Source: Candidatus Moanibacter sp. (lineage in GTDB: Bacteria > Verrucomicrobiota > Verrucomicrobiia > Opitutales > UBA2987). Taken from it: a DNA stretch of 64,000 bases. The translations under genes and the position numbers were made by a program. The notes under the pieces were generated by a model that saw only the letters and a program-made list of their open reading frames with translations, did no database searches and had not been told where the DNA came from. Each line of letters opens with the position of its first letter. Positions within the stretch are counted from its first letter, which is position 1. Shown here piece after piece: positions 50,730-61,207 of this stretch. The stretch lies in contig CBDCEW010000099.1 in assembly GCA_965215885.1 (NCBI GenBank), positions 32,001 through 96,000 on the forward strand. Direction: 5' to 3'.

Positions 50730-52650
50730 TAGACCCCATTCGAAAAGCCTTTCGAGCGGGCGGTTTAAGGTTCTCCGCCACGGGCGGACCAGCCTATGGC
50801 TGGCAGGTTTCGGGTTTTAGGCTGCCGGCGCTGCCGATGAGCAGGTATTGAGCGGCCATCGGCGTGGCTTGCTGCACAATACGTATATTTGCCGCTGTCT
50901 GGAGGCATACTCATCCCGTGGTGCTTTTTTCTCTGAGCTTCAAAGCGGTCAGATTCAGGCTGCCTGTTCCAGTTCCTCCCCTCGGCGTTTCTTCATCAGT
51001 ATGATGCGGCAGAAGTTGTAGGCCAGAACCTTCTCGAGCAGTTCATCGCCTACCGCATCGATGCCGCGGCGGCCGAGTTCGCCAAAGGCAAATCCATCTT
51101 TAATCGTGAACATCAGCGACTCCACTGCGGAGCGATCGCGGCGTGCCTCGCGATACGCCTCGCTCTCCCAGTCCTCGGGGGTGGTCAACTTCTTGCCCTT
51201 CGCCCCACTGATACTGATCTGCTTTACCCCCATGCTCAGCACCTCCTTGCGTCCCTTCGCCGAAGCATATCCGTCATCGGTGCTGACCAGTTCAGCAATG
51301 ACACCGGTGCGCTTGATCGAATCGCCGATGGCCGGCGCCAGCTCAATGGAGTCTGCCGCATTGCCTTGCGGTACGATCAGGCTGGTGACAAAACCGTTTT
51401 CGCTGCGAACCAGTTGTGGCTTGTACCCGATCACTGGATTGCGGCTGCCCTTCTTGATGTAGGCCGCCGATCCGTCCGAGAGGCTCAGGACCTTCTGTGT
51501 GGACGGTAGCTTCTTTTCGTGAAACACCCGATCATGAGCATACTCAACAACCCGCTTGGCGTCGGCAATATCGCCCCTGATCTGGCTCAATGCCCGCTCC
51601 AGAAGCTCCCGGCGAGTGGGAGGCAGTGAATCCATCGACAGGCCCTCTTCAAGATGGCTCAGTTCCCCCGTTAGTGAGTCGGCCGCCTTGCGGCCCCGCT
51701 TGAGCAACCGCCGGTAGTGTTTCTTCAGCTTGCCCTTCGACTTCGGTTTGCCCGCGGCCAGACAAATCTGAAACTCCAGCTTGTCCATTTCCTCCAGCCA
51801 ACGCCCAACCCATCCCTTGCGAAAATCCTCCAGCCCGAAGACATGCAACTTCTGACCCAAACGATTGGCCCGCATCAAAAGACCGCTCAGAATCTTCCCA
51901 TCGGTGGGCCAGCAGCTGTTTGCTTTCACCGAGGTGCTGTCGATCGTCAGCTTCCCGAAATCGTCCCATTGCTCCTGGAGGATAAACCCAATCTGTTTAT
52001 CAAAGATCAACTCGCGGGTCGTATGGCTGACCAGGTTCACGTTCTCCAGAATCGTCGTCACCGCCGGCATTCTCAGTCCCCCGCTCTGCAAAAATCCGTA
52101 CAAGCTCATCGACTCGCGCACAAACCGCCGTGCCGGTTTCGTGGTCAACGAACCCAGAAACCCTCGAATCATCACGAACACGTATACCGCATAAGCCGGC
52201 ATCCGCGGCCGGCCTGCCCCAAGATTCAATTCAGCAGCCAGAATATTCTCCTCCTCGATGTCCAGCTCCGGCAGCTCCGCTGTGCGCCCTTCAAAGAACC
52301 TGCGATCTTCCAATCGAAGTTTCTTCTTCTCACGCGCATGGGCGTCCAGATCCTTCTCGATCGCCTCGATGATTTGCGCCGCGAACCCGGCCAATTCTTC
52401 AACTTCATCCAGAAAATCACGGAAATCCGTGTCTGGAACCGGCAGAATGAGGTTGCTAAGGGGCGTCTTATCGCTTTTGTTCTCCTCTGTCGCACATGTT
52501 GGCATGTTTAACTCCTTTCTTAATCTTAGGTTGTTAAACACTAGCATGTAGCGACACTTTTTATCAAGCCACAAAATGATTTTTCTCAAGTTTTTCTTGC
52601 GCCTTTTGCGCCTCTTTGCGGCCAATCAGTAGCTTTTCGGATAAGGTCTA
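50730..52650 (-). mobile_element. IS5-like/ISNCY insertion sequence
   Basis: Imperfect IRs TAGACCCCATTCGAAAAGC / TAGACCTTATCCGAAAAGC (16/19) flank one transposase. Confidence 0.8.
50955..52505 (-). CDS. DDE transposase (IS5-like/ISNCY)
   Basis: IDST...WPTD, IKKG...GYK, STDDGY, RSAVE. Confidence 0.85.
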   Translation of the reverse strand: MPTCATEENKSDKTPLSNLILPVPDTDFRDFLDEVEELAGFAAQIIEAIEKDLDAHAREKKKLRLEDRRFFEGRTAELPELDIEEENILAAELNLGAGRPRMPAYAVYVFVMIRGFLGSLTTKPARRFVRESMSLYGFLQSGGLRMPAVTTILENVNLVSHTTRELIFDKQIGFILQEQWDDFGKLTIDSTSVKANSCWPTDGKILSGLLMRANRLGQKLHVFGLEDFRKGWVGRWLEEMDKLEFQICLAAGKPKSKGKLKKHYRRLLKRGRKAADSLTGELSHLEEGLSMDSLPPTRRELLERALSQIRGDIADAKRVVEYAHDRVFHEKKLPSTQKVLSLSDGSAAYIKKGSRNPVIGYKPQLVRSENGFVTSLIVPQGNAADSIELAPAIGDSIKRTGVIAELVSTDDGYASAKGRKEVLSMGVKQISISGAKGKKLTTPEDWESEAYREARRDRSAVESLMFTIKDGFAFGELGRRGIDAVGDELLEKVLAYNFCRIILMKKRRGEELEQAA

Positions 52651-52652
52651 GA

Positions 52653-53285
52653 ATGAGAATATCGATGGCAATCGAGGAAACTCTGGCACGAGACACTGCT
52701 GAGAATCTTAGCGCTACGGATGAGGACCTGGCCTATGTGCGCCGGGTGCAGGGTGGCGATGTGGCCGCTTTTGATCATCTCGTTCTCAAATATCGAGAGC
52801 GGCTCTTTTCTATCATATACAACCTCACTTCGAACCGAGAGGATGCGGCTGATCTCACGCAGGAGTCTTTCATCAAGGCATTTCGCTCCATGAAGCGATT
52901 TAAAGAGAAGGCGTCCTTTTTTACCTGGCTCTACCGCATCGCAATTAATGCCACGCTGACCCATTTGAAACGGAACAGGCTGCGACGATTCTTCAGCTTC
53001 GAGAATATTAACGAGGAGGTCAGCTCGTCCGAGATCATTGAAGCGCTTGCCGTCCGAACCAATTCCGACAAGTCCACCCTGCTTAGTGAATTGCAGGAAA
53101 AATTGAACGAAGCGCTGCACAAATTGTCTCCTAAACATAGGACGGTTGTGGTCCTTTTCGAGATTGAGGGTCTCAGCCACCACGAGATATCCGATATTAT
53201 GAAGTGTTCGGTGGGGACTGTGCGATCGCGTCTGCATTACGCGAAGCAGCAGCTGCAGGCATATTTGCAGGATTATTTGGATTAG
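52653..53285 (+). CDS. ECF sigma-70 factor (RpoE-like)
   Basis: DLTQE.FIKA, F.TWLYRIAIN, S..EI, GTVRSRL. The start may be 52665. Confidence 0.93.
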   Translation: MRISMAIEETLARDTAENLSATDEDLAYVRRVQGGDVAAFDHLVLKYRERLFSIIYNLTSNREDAADLTQESFIKAFRSMKRFKEKASFFTWLYRIAINATLTHLKRNRLRRFFSFENINEEVSSSEIIEALAVRTNSDKSTLLSELQEKLNEALHKLSPKHRTVVVLFEIEGLSHHEISDIMKCSVGTVRSRLHYAKQQLQAYLQDYLD

Positions 53286-53300
53286 GATATCGATTTCCGC

Positions 53301-53873
53301 ATGTCCGATTTTTCAAGAGATTCGAAAAGCAAGATCACTCTGGAGGAGATCCTTAAGCTCAAGCGAAAGGAGAGACCACCGGCCGAATTTTGGGAGGCGT
53401 TCGATCGCGATCTGCGGCGCAGAACTCTACAGGCACTGGTTAACGATGAGCCTTGGTACGGCCGCTACTTGGGATCGGCTTTGGGCCGAATTCTCGCTGC
53501 CATTCCGTTGTCGGCTGCAGTAGTAGCAACTTTAGGTTTCATAATCTATCAGAATAGTGTTAACCTCGCGGAAAGGCTGCCACCTCCCACAAATACTCAT
53601 AAGCCACAGTATGCTTCTCGGATCGTTCATGATGAACCCGGTTTGAAGAGCTCCCAAAGGCTCAGTATAGCGGAAGCCTCTCGTATGCAGGTGGAATTTG
53701 TCATCGATGTCATCCCCATTCCGCGGGACAATAAACTCTCCTATGAAAAGGTGATGGCGCCGCAGACATTTACAGCCTACTCAATGGCAAGGGGCGACCC
53801 GGCGAGATATTCAATGGGAACTGCTTCACCGGATGTTCACTTTGTTTCGGCCCCATCGCTGGAGTATTTTTAG
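53301..53873 (+). CDS. Single-TM hypothetical protein, candidate anti-sigma factor
   Basis: Directly follows the ECF gene; LKRKERP.AEFW N-terminus followed by one TM helix. Confidence 0.65.
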   Translation: MSDFSRDSKSKITLEEILKLKRKERPPAEFWEAFDRDLRRRTLQALVNDEPWYGRYLGSALGRILAAIPLSAAVVATLGFIIYQNSVNLAERLPPPTNTHKPQYASRIVHDEPGLKSSQRLSIAEASRMQVEFVIDVIPIPRDNKLSYEKVMAPQTFTAYSMARGDPARYSMGTASPDVHFVSAPSLEYF

Positions 53874-53883
53874 GAGCGGAGCA

Positions 53884-54995
53884 ATGAGGATAAGCCATAG
53901 TCGGTTACAGTTGCTGCTTCTTTTTTTTTGATTTTGCGGTCGATTACATTCGCTCAAAGCGAAGGTGATTTCTTAAGTCTTCAGCGCCGCATTATTGAAG
54001 TATACAAGGAGAACAGACCGGCAGTGGTGCGCGTTAATGCGGCCTATCCCAATGCCGGAGAAGATGGAAAGACCCTGGTCAGGATCGGCAGCGGTTTTTT
54101 TATAAGCCGGGAAGGCCACGTTCTAACCAATGCAAATTCGACGGCGGGTGCGGAGCGAATCTGGTTGGTCCATGAGAAGATATCCTATGCGGCGGAGCTA
54201 ATCGGCAGCGATGCCTACACTAATGTTTCGTTGTTGCGTATTTTGACCCTCCCTGAGAGCTTCAGCTTCCTGCACCTGACCGATTCACCGGAAGTGCCAC
54301 CGATCGGCACGATGGTGCTGCGCATTAGCGCACTCCTTGAATTTGAGCCGAGTCCCTATTTGGGGCTCGTGACGGGGACGGAGAGTCGATTCGGCAACAA
54401 TCTCTTTCCAGTCCCTCATATTAGAACGAACATCCCGGGCGGTTGGGGTGAAGGGGGAGCGCCACTTCTCGATCTCAACGGGAAGCTGATCGGAATAATG
54501 GTGGCAGCCTTACCACCTGAGGTGCAGGGTTCGTATTCATTGCCGGCGAGAGCGGCCTTGCGCATCCGCGATGACCTTCATTTCTCGGGCAAGATAACCT
54601 ATGGCTGGATCGGAATCCAGGTTGAACCACTCACTTCCACAAAAAACGGATCGCAGGTGAAGATTGGAGAGGTCATTGGAGAAACACCAGCCGCGAAAGC
54701 AGGTTTGCTCTCCGGTGATGTCCTTTTGCGACTTGGCGATAATGATATCAATGAGGTGAGTGATGTGAGCAAGACAGTCTTTTACCTTCGTGATGGACAG
54801 TTTGTCGCCATTACGGTGAGAAGGGACGGTCAGACGCTTGACTATACAGTACCGGTCATTGCGCGTCCTGATGCGGAACCATTTGATGGTCTGGCGCCAC
54901 CGCAGCAGGAGGGACTTTCGGCGTCGGCAAGAGCGGATCCCGAACAGGTCCCGGACGGCGACTCACCAATAATTGAAGAAGACCTCGAACCGTAG
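53884..54995 (+). CDS. HtrA-like trypsin + PDZ protein lacking the catalytic triad; frameshift in a T9 run
   Basis: GSGFFI, TNAN, GEGGAP, PDZ (TPAAKAGL..GD). ATG 53884 joins ORF 53928 if T9 becomes T10. Confidence 0.8.
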
Positions 54996-55000
54996 CGAAG

Positions 55001-56386
55001 ATGAGAATAGAACGTGATTCCATGGGAGAGATGGAAGTGCCCGAGGATGCCCTTTATGGCGCCTCAACACAGCGCGCTGTCCTTAATTTTCCCATCAGTG
55101 GCCACCAGATGCCAGTCGGCTTTATTGAAGGGCTCGCCCTGGTCAAGAGCGCCTGTGCCACTGCCAATGAAGAGTTGGGGCGACTGTCTCACGAAAAGGC
55201 CGAACTTATTCGCGTTGCGGCACAGGAGGTGGCGGATGGAAAGCTGGGAGCACACTTCCCGGTCGATGTATTTCAGACTGGTTCCGGGACCTCGACAAAT
55301 ACGAATTTCAATGAAGTCATTGCGAATCGGGTCAGCCAGATGACCGGTAAACCGATCGGTTGCAAGGAGCCGGTGCATCCCAACGACGATGTCAATATGG
55401 GCCAATCGTCCAATGATATCGTTCCGACCGCGCTGCACGTTAGTGTAGCGATGGCTCTTGAGGCGAAACTCACACCGTCTCTTTCGTATCTTGAAGCGGC
55501 CTTGACAGAAAAGGCGAATGCCTGGCGAGAAATTGTCAAAATAGGCCGCACCCATTTGATGGACGCCACCCCACTCACACTCGGGCAAGAGTTTTCGGGA
55601 TATAGTGCCCAGATTCGGAAGAGCGCAGATCGGGCGCACAGAGCTGTAAAAGCTCTTCGTGAATTGGCCATAGGTGGAACCGCCGTGGGAACCGGCATAA
55701 ACACTCATCCTGAGTTTTCCGCAAAGGTCTGCGCTCTACTCTCGGAAAAGACGGGTATTTCTTTTCGGGAGGCAGAGAACCATTTCGAAGCGCAGGCGGG
55801 GCGCGATGATGCCGTTGAAGTGGCAGGTCTGTTAAATACGATCGGCGCGAGTCTGACGAAAATTGCGAACGACATACGAATGCTCGGATCGGGACCTCGC
55901 TCCGGTTTGGGAGAACTATCCCTTCCCTCAACCCAGCCCGGCTCTTCCATCATGCCGGGCAAGGTCAACCCTGTGATGAGCGAAATGCTTGTCCAGGTAT
56001 CCAGCTATGCGATGGGCTTGTGTCATGCCGTCACCCTGGGGGGGCGAGATGGCCATTTCGAACTCAACGTAAACATACCGCTGATTGCCTACGCTCTTCA
56101 TGAGACGATAAACTGTCTGAGCAGCGGGGCTCGAGTCTTTGCCGAGCGCTGCGTCGTGGATATTGAACCCAATGAAGAAAAGTGCAGGGAGCTGGTGAAT
56201 CGGTCTCTCATGCTGGTAACCGCTTTGAATCCTTATATCGGTTACGATAAGGCTGCCGAGGTCGCTAAGACGGCGTTAGCTGAAAATAAGACCCTTCGTG
56301 AGGTCATTTTGGAGAAGGGTCTCCTCGACGAGGAAACTCTGGATAAGGCGCTTGATCCGACGGAAATGACTGAGCCGAAAGGTTGA
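55001..56386 (+). CDS. fumC: Class II fumarate hydratase
   Basis: RIERDSMG, QTGSGT, GRTHLMDATP, GSSIMPGKVNP. Confidence 0.93.
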   Translation: MRIERDSMGEMEVPEDALYGASTQRAVLNFPISGHQMPVGFIEGLALVKSACATANEELGRLSHEKAELIRVAAQEVADGKLGAHFPVDVFQTGSGTSTNTNFNEVIANRVSQMTGKPIGCKEPVHPNDDVNMGQSSNDIVPTALHVSVAMALEAKLTPSLSYLEAALTEKANAWREIVKIGRTHLMDATPLTLGQEFSGYSAQIRKSADRAHRAVKALRELAIGGTAVGTGINTHPEFSAKVCALLSEKTGISFREAENHFEAQAGRDDAVEVAGLLNTIGASLTKIANDIRMLGSGPRSGLGELSLPSTQPGSSIMPGKVNPVMSEMLVQVSSYAMGLCHAVTLGGRDGHFELNVNIPLIAYALHETINCLSSGARVFAERCVVDIEPNEEKCRELVNRSLMLVTALNPYIGYDKAAEVAKTALAENKTLREVILEKGLLDEETLDKALDPTEMTEPKG

Positions 56387-56404
56387 AGACCTTTTTTCCG
56401 CTTT

Positions 56405-56675
56405 TTTCGATCAGCTTCTGTGGGCCGTTCAGGAAAACTCGGAGGCACTCCTTCTCCATTGGCGTTTGGAAGCCGCTAATAATTGTGCGATTTTTTGAGC
56501 GGAGTATGTGGGCATAGTGGTCGGTTTCCACAATAATCACTCCCGGGCACTTGCGGGAGCAGAAAAGCGCGAGTTTGTTTGAGGACAGGATCTCGGGATT
56601 ACCGATGTAATCGATGGCCTGCGCCGCGCCACCGGCAGATCCTGTGGTCAATGGGTCTCTCGTAAGAGTATTCAA
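56405..56675 (-). pseudogene. Truncated DprA/Smf-like (Rossmann-fold) fragment
   Basis: GN..IL...KLALFCSRKCPG...IISGFQTPMEKECL, then the similarity stops. Confidence 0.55.
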
Positions 56676-57658
56676 CTCTGTCTAGTTGCGAGCTGATTGT
56701 AAATCCACTGGTAGGTAACTTCCAGACCCTCAGACAGCCGCGTTTGTGGTTCCCAGCCCAAGGCCGACTTTATCAGAGTATTGTCACTGTTGCGGCCGGT
56801 GACCCCTTTCGGTGCGTCGAGATTGTAGCGCCGTTTAAGCCGGGTTCCAGCGATCGACTCAACGATATCCACGAGCCCGTCTATTGTCACCAATTCACTG
56901 CTCCCGAGGTTGATGGGATCCTGGAAGTCGCTCCTGATGAGTCGGTCCATCCCTTCCAGGCAATCATCGATATATGTGAAACTTCGAGTCTGCTTGCCGT
57001 CACCCCAGATTTCGATCTCGTCTGTGCCGTCAAGCTTTGCCGTGATCACTTTTCGACAAATCGCGGCCGGCGCCTTTTCTCGGCCTCCATCCCAGGTTCC
57101 GTTGGGACCGTAAACATTGTGTAGACGCGCTACCGCGACATCGATTCCAAAGTCTTCGTGAAAGTGGCGACACATTCGCTCACTGAAGAGTTTCTCCCAG
57201 CCGTAACCGTCTTCCGGCATGGCTGGATAGGCGTCGGTTTCTTTGAGCGGTACAACTTTCGGAGAAGTCTGTTTTTCCGCGGCGTAGACGCAGGCAGAAG
57301 AGGTATAGAAAAACTTACGCACTTTGGAGTTTTCGGAGGCCAGGAGAAGCTGGGTATTGATAAGGCTACTCAACATGCAGAGTGCCTTGTTATTCTCTAT
57401 AAATCCCATTCCTCCCATGTCGGCGGCCAGGTTGAATACGATGTCGATGCCGTCTGTCGCTGTTTCACAGGCTTCTTTCTCCTGTAGATCGAGCACAACA
57501 TTTTCGGCCTCGGGGAATCGCTGATACCACTGTTCAAGCGGTTTGCTATCGACTGCTCGAACGTTCCCAAAGCCTTTTTGGAAAAGATTCTTAACGAGGT
57601 GACCTCCGATAAAACCACCCGCTCCCGCAACCAGCACTGTTTCTCTTTGATCCACCAT
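56672..57658 (-). CDS. NAD-dependent epimerase (GDP-mannose 3,5-epimerase-like)
   Basis: GAGGFIG, LAADMGGMGFI, YGWEK, GGREKAPAA.CRK. Confidence 0.9.
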   Translation of the reverse strand: MVDQRETVLVAGAGGFIGGHLVKNLFQKGFGNVRAVDSKPLEQWYQRFPEAENVVLDLQEKEACETATDGIDIVFNLAADMGGMGFIENNKALCMLSSLINTQLLLASENSKVRKFFYTSSACVYAAEKQTSPKVVPLKETDAYPAMPEDGYGWEKLFSERMCRHFHEDFGIDVAVARLHNVYGPNGTWDGGREKAPAAICRKVITAKLDGTDEIEIWGDGKQTRSFTYIDDCLEGMDRLIRSDFQDPINLGSSELVTIDGLVDIVESIAGTRLKRRYNLDAPKGVTGRNSDNTLIKSALGWEPQTRLSEGLEVTYQWIYNQLATRQS

Positions 57659-57674
57659 GAAAACCGCTCGTGAT

Positions 57675-58538
57675 TTACCGTTCCAGGGGGTATTCTTTCA
57701 AGCCCGTAATCTGGGTGAAGACGCGGTATAGAAAGAGTGGATTATTCTTCAAATACCGTTTCCAGAGCCGGCGTGGTTCGAGGCTGAGGCGAAAGAGCCA
57801 TTCAAAGCCCGAGCGCTGTATCCATCGGGGAGCCTGTTTCATCTTTTTTGCATGAAAATCAAATGCCGCGCCCACCCCTATCATCAACGTAGTCTTCAAT
57901 TTGTGGAAATGTTCCGCCATGAAACGCTCTTGTTTTGGGGTGCTCAGACCCACCCAGAACAAGTCGGGTTTTCGGTCCTCCAGAAGTCGCATAAGATTCT
58001 CTTCTTCCTTCTTGTTGAGGGGACGGAAAGGTGGAGTGTAGTGCCCGGCGATCTGCATTTTGGGAAAACGCTCCATGAGATTGGAGGTCAATTTTTCAAC
58101 GACTCCGGGTCCTCCACCGTAAAAGAAGTGCCGAAATGAAGTACCTTCCGTGGACCGGCAGATATCAAGCATCAGATCCGGACCGTAGACACGGTCAACT
58201 TGATTTCCAAATTGACGTCTGCCCAACCAGACGAGCGGCATGCCGTCCGGAGTATTGAGAAGGGCCCGATTCAGAATACGACGAAACTCCGGATCGGACT
58301 GGGCTTCACTGACCCCGTGCACACCGGTTACACAGACATAGCCCTTCTTACCTTCTTCGAGCGCGGAGAGCATGGCCTGCCGAGCGGAATCAAGGTTAAG
58401 CACCCCTACGCCGACTCCAAGTACATTGAATCGTTTATTCTCGGAAATTTCCCTTTGCACTTCAGATATGGAGGATTTTTCGATATATATAGCACCTGTG
58501 TCTGGAATTGTGAAAGTTCTTTCGTCTACTTCAGTCAC
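57675..58538 (-). CDS. WecB/TagA/CpsF glycosyltransferase
   Basis: PDGMP, RVYGPDL, GLSTPKQE, GVGAAFD, EPRRLWKRY. Confidence 0.93.
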   Translation of the reverse strand: MTEVDERTFTIPDTGAIYIEKSSISEVQREISENKRFNVLGVGVGVLNLDSARQAMLSALEEGKKGYVCVTGVHGVSEAQSDPEFRRILNRALLNTPDGMPLVWLGRRQFGNQVDRVYGPDLMLDICRSTEGTSFRHFFYGGGPGVVEKLTSNLMERFPKMQIAGHYTPPFRPLNKKEEENLMRLLEDRKPDLFWVGLSTPKQERFMAEHFHKLKTTLMIGVGAAFDFHAKKMKQAPRWIQRSGFEWLFRLSLEPRRLWKRYLKNNPLFLYRVFTQITGLKEYPLER

Positions 58539-58714
58539 TTCCTAGAAGCGTGCAAGAGGGCGGCTGACCTATTCACGATTCTGAAAGACGGACAGACGGT
58601 AGGTAGCGGTAAGATGAGCGAGACTGCCAGGAGTCCGGCTTGACTTAAGCATGGTATTGGATTATCCTGTCCAACTGAATTATAGAATCTTGAGTCTGGA
58701 TATTTGATTGTATT

Positions 58715-59188
58715 ATGGGGAACTCCCGTTTTTCCCGCCGCTACGGATTCACACTTGTGGAGATCATGATTGTCGTCGTGATCTTAGGCCTTCTGGCGTC
58801 GCTCGCCTTACCCGCCTATCAAAAAGTGAGACGCAAGGCACAGAATGCAACTTTCATCGGAGAAATGAGAACCTTCGCGGGTGCCGCGGAAACTTATATG
58901 CTGGAGACCGGTAGTTATCTTGAGGACTCCGGCAGCGGCGCAGTGCCCAGTGGCTTCGGGGATTATATTTCGGTCGGGAAATGGACAAACGGCACGCCCC
59001 TCGGTGGTGTTTGGGATATGGAGTTGGACTCCTTTGGCATAAAGGCGGGATTTGGAGTCCATGGGCCGATTGCTCCAAAAGAGCAATTGGAGGAAGTCGA
59101 CGAGGATTTTGATGATGGCGATCTTTCAACGGGCAAGTTTCGCCAGATTGCCGCTGATCGCTATTACTATATCCTCGAGGATGTTTAG
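58715..59188 (+). CDS. Prepilin-type N-terminal cleavage/methylation protein
   Basis: GFTLVEIMIVVVILGLLA.LA.P. Confidence 0.9.
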   Translation: MGNSRFSRRYGFTLVEIMIVVVILGLLASLALPAYQKVRRKAQNATFIGEMRTFAGAAETYMLETGSYLEDSGSGAVPSGFGDYISVGKWTNGTPLGGVWDMELDSFGIKAGFGVHGPIAPKEQLEEVDEDFDDGDLSTGKFRQIAADRYYYILEDV

Positions 59189-59256
59189 AACCTGTCTTTG
59201 CGAGACTGGGCCTGATTAGCGTGCCGGGTAGAAAGCTTTTGGACGATCTACTTTGT

Positions 59257-60024
59257 ATGCGTTTTCAAACCTGCGCATTCTGTCTGATCAGTTCTGCTTT
59301 GCTCTATGGTGGCTGTCGCGGCAAGCCCGTCGATTTGGTCTCAGAGGAGCAGGAGAAACATTATCTGCGCGGGAAGAGCCTTCTGAAGGAAGGGAGGAAA
59401 CAGGAGGCACTGAGCGCCTTTCTTCGAGTCATCGAAAAGCGCTATGATGCGGCGGAATCTCATCTGGAAACCGGGCAGCTCTACCTCAACCATATAAGGG
59501 ACCCCATTGCGGCCATTTTCCACTTTCGCAAGTATCTTGCCTTGAAACCGGATTCACCGCAGGCGGGTTTGGTTCGCCAGCTAATCGACACCGCGAAGAA
59601 GGAATTTGCGCGGACCTTGCCCGCGAAGCCCTTTGAAAACGAGTTGGAGCGGCTCGATCTGATGGAACTCATAAATCAGGTGAAGTCGGAGAATCTGGTG
59701 TTGAAAAGACAGCTCCTCCAGGCAAAGCAAAGAATACGTGAGCTCTCTGAAAGCGGTGACCTCTCCTCGGAACACAATTTCGTTTCTGCCGCTGAGAATG
59801 CTCATGACATCGAAGGCGGAGACGAGAATTCTACTTCCGGGCAAATGAGTGGCAACGACCCGATTCCGGCAACTTATATTGTCCAACCTGGAGATAACTT
59901 GAATAGAATAAGCATCAAGGTATATGGTACTCCCGGGCGATGGATGGACATATACCAAGCCAATCGTGATCGTCTCGCGAGTCCTCATGATCTTAAAGTT
60001 GACCAAGAGCTTCGTCTCCCTTGA
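59257..60024 (+). CDS. TPR + LysM lipoprotein
   Basis: Lipobox-like LYGGC, TPR-like helices, C-terminal LysM (YIVQPGDNL..I...YG). Confidence 0.85.
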   Translation: MRFQTCAFCLISSALLYGGCRGKPVDLVSEEQEKHYLRGKSLLKEGRKQEALSAFLRVIEKRYDAAESHLETGQLYLNHIRDPIAAIFHFRKYLALKPDSPQAGLVRQLIDTAKKEFARTLPAKPFENELERLDLMELINQVKSENLVLKRQLLQAKQRIRELSESGDLSSEHNFVSAAENAHDIEGGDENSTSGQMSGNDPIPATYIVQPGDNLNRISIKVYGTPGRWMDIYQANRDRLASPHDLKVDQELRLP

Positions 60025-60037
60025 AAACGCACTCGTG

Positions 60038-61201
60038 ATGCACTATTTTGATAATAATGCCACCACGCCCGTGGCTGAAGTTGCTCAAAGGGCTTGGATC
60101 GAGGCTGTGCGGGAGAGTTGGGAGAATCCATCCAGTCCTTACAGAAGGGCAGCCCGAGTCAAGAATCTGCTCGAGGATAGGCGAGAGCGATTGGCTAATT
60201 TGCTGGGATGCGCGAGGGCAGAGATTGTATTCAATTCAGGGGCAACGGAAGGAAACAATTCCATTATTAATTACTTTCGTGAAAGGAGTAATTCGCGTTC
60301 GCGTGTGGTAATATCTGCAATTGAGCATCCCTGTGTTATCGAAGCCGCTGAATCGGCCTTTGCCGGCAGGGTCGATTACCTACCTGTCTCCGAGGATTGC
60401 GTGGTTGACATTGAGACTCTACGGAAATATCTGAATGAGGGAGAGGTCGCCTTGGTTTCCGTGATGGCCGCGAATAACGAAACTGGAGTGTTGCAGCCTT
60501 GGGAGGAGATAGGGCGGATTTGCGGGGAATCCGAAGTGCCTTATCATTGCGATGCCTCGCAGTGGCTCGGCAAGCTTCCGGCCGGCGAATTGGGAGAGTG
60601 TTCCTATGTCACCGGCTGTGGGCACAAATTCAATGGGCCCAAAGGAATCGGATTTGCGAAGATTGAAAAAGAGGATAACGACTTTAAGTCTCTCTTGGGC
60701 GGCGAGCAGGAATCGGGACACAGGGGAGGGACGGAGAACTATCCGGCCATTGCCGCAATGATTGCCGCACTTGAAGAAGCAACAGGCGCTATTTACTCCG
60801 CGAACGAGGAGCAGCTTTCCTATCGCAAGGAGTTTGAGGAAACCTTGTCTCGACAATTGGAAGGAGCAGAGATTGTGGCGGGAAAGGCCGAACGGCTGTG
60901 GAATACGGTTTCGATTATTCTGCCCGAGCACGAAAATATTCGTTGGGTGAGAAAGCTCGACAAGCTGGGGTTTGCAGTCTCCACGGGATCGGCTTGTGCG
61001 ACGGGAAAGGAAGGTCTGTCGCATGTCCTCGCTGCCATGGGAGTTTCCCGTGAGAAGATCAGGAGGGTTGTGCGAATAAGCGGAGGTTGGTCTACTCCGC
61101 GCGATGCCTGGCGCTTTTTGGCCGAAGCTTTCGTTCGCGTATGGAGCGGTTTCAAAACGACGTCGACCGCGGCTGACCGGACATACGTGATATCTATTTG
61201 A
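60038..61201 (+). CDS. Cysteine desulfurase (IscS/NifS-like)
   Basis: YFDNNATT, SGATE, NNETG, GHKF.GPKG, STGSAC. Confidence 0.92.
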   Translation: MHYFDNNATTPVAEVAQRAWIEAVRESWENPSSPYRRAARVKNLLEDRRERLANLLGCARAEIVFNSGATEGNNSIINYFRERSNSRSRVVISAIEHPCVIEAAESAFAGRVDYLPVSEDCVVDIETLRKYLNEGEVALVSVMAANNETGVLQPWEEIGRICGESEVPYHCDASQWLGKLPAGELGECSYVTGCGHKFNGPKGIGFAKIEKEDNDFKSLLGGEQESGHRGGTENYPAIAAMIAALEEATGAIYSANEEQLSYRKEFEETLSRQLEGAEIVAGKAERLWNTVSIILPEHENIRWVRKLDKLGFAVSTGSACATGKEGLSHVLAAMGVSREKIRRVVRISGGWSTPRDAWRFLAEAFVRVWSGFKTTSTAADRTYVISI

Positions 61202-61207
61202 CTGGGT

